Positions 62,698-64,000 of a stretch of DNA of 64,000 nucleotides are shown here, piece after piece. A program made the position numbers and the translations under genes. The notes beneath the pieces were generated by a model. That model saw only the letters and a program-made list of their open reading frames with translations, ran no database searches and was not told the origin of the DNA. Origin of the DNA: Phyllosticta citribraziliensis (Eukaryota). Where the stretch lies: positions 1,550,001 through 1,614,000 of the forward strand of contig NW_027117346.1 in assembly GCF_038025025.1 (NCBI RefSeq), in the 5' to 3' direction. The first letter of the stretch is position 1, and the number at the start of each line of letters is the position of its first letter.

Positions 62698-63038
62698 GGC
62701 GGGGGGCGCGGGACCGGAGCGCTGACGCTGGTGGACCGAGGAGTGGTGGTGAATCGCGGTAGGATTGCTGGCGTTGAGGCGCGAGGGCGCGTGGGAGTCG
62801 AAAGCGAGCGCAGGTGTTGGCGGGGAATAAACACATGGCCGCCGACACCGGTTATTCTCCGAAAAAACGCGGTCACTATATTCACCGCCCATGTCCGTGC
62901 GTGCTCCGGTGCGAGGACGTCACTGGCCTCCCGTGGGACACAAAGTAAACTCCCACCACGCCTGTTCTCTTTCTCTTAAACCCCCCAGGATGCGGTGAAT
63001 CCAGAGCCTCTTTGACCAGCAGCTTCACCACCCCCACC

Positions 63039-64000
63039 ATGCTGCCCTACATCAACCTCCGTACGCCACAGCTTCCAAAGCCTCGCTCTCAGCCGGAAAA
63101 GCTACTAACCTTCTGGTCTAGCTTTCGAGTACGTTGCAAACGTGCTGGGAGCTTCTACCGACGAGCGTGCGCCCCTCCGCCCCTTTCAAAAACATGTTTG
63201 TCTGCTAACTCGCGCAGTCAAGCTCATCGCATCCTTTCTACTCGCCTATCCGCTCGCTGGTGTTCTTAAGCGCATACCAGATTCGAAACCATGGCAGAAG
63301 AACCTCTTTATAATAACGTGCGTCTTTTCCGGGCGTGCATGTGCGAGAGACGGGTGCTGAGTTTACAAGGGTCGCGCTATTCTACCTCGTCGGCCTGTTC
63401 GACCTTTGGACAGGTCTGCGGACGCTCTTCATCAGCTCCGCGGGGGCCTATGCTATTGCAAGATACGTTGATGGCCCATTTATGCCTTGGATTGGCTTCG
63501 TGTTCCTCATGGGCCACATGTCCGTCAACCACCTCGACAGACAATTTCGGAACGCGCCAGACACGGTCGACATTACTGGAGCACAAATGGTCCTGGTCAT
63601 GAAGCTGACTGCTTTTTGCTGGAATGTCCATGATGGTCGGCTGCCAGAGAGCGAGCTCTCAGACTACCAAAAGGAGCGCGCCATACGCGAATTCCCGTCG
63701 CTGGTAGACTATGCCGGATACGTGCTCTTCTTCCCGTCTCTGTTCGCAGGTCCTGCTTTCGACTTTGTCGACTACCGCCAGTGGCTCACGACGAGCATGT
63801 TCAAATTGCCGCCTGGAGTTGACCCGACTCATGCTCCGCCAACCCGCAAGCAGCGCAAGATTCCTCGTAGTGGTACGCCGGCTACATGGAAGGCCATCTA
63901 TGGTCTCATCTGGATCTTTGCATTTCTCAAGTTTTCCGCATGGTACTACCCTGAAATGCTACTCAGCGACGAGTACATGAAACACAACTTCTTCAAGCGT
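63039..64000 (+). CDS. ale1: MBOAT lysophospholipid acyltransferase Ale1-like (partial, runs off the window)
   Basis: Spliced MLPYINL...LGASTDELKLIASFLLAYPLA, DITGAQMVLVMKLTAFCWNVHDG and FFPSLFAGPAFDF. Confidence 0.9.

Noticed and set aside
1..64000. Intact transposons, RIP-degraded AT-rich blocks, tRNA or rRNA genes
   Set aside because: None were recognised by eye. A tRNAscan-SE/Infernal run would be needed to exclude small RNAs.

Overview
Gene-dense, intron-containing DNA from a filamentous ascomycete (Pezizomycotina; Dothideomycete-like by inference). About 25 protein-coding genes can be supported. Housekeeping genes: GH18 chitinase, hsp60, cofilin, get5, nop2, RNase III, rsm27, an MFS transporter, a thioesterase, a MINDY deubiquitinase, trm6, cwc27 and a partial ale1. 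Accessory genes: two NACHT-type NLR-like genes, a DUF3433-like membrane protein, an APH-like kinase, a methyltransferase, an apparently 5'-shortened lactonase and a repeat-rich protein. The most striking feature is largely hidden in the ORF track because of introns. Between the chitinase and hsp60 (about 4.5-17.7 kb) lie four consecutive genes, each encoding a very divergent single Myb/SANT-like three-helix domain plus a disordered tail, separated by long (2-3 kb) non-coding spacers. This looks like an anciently duplicated cluster of DNA- or chromatin-binding regulators. A dispersed 33-bp repeat family also occurs at about 30.9 kb and 45.8 kb. All gene models were spliced by eye and no database searches were run.
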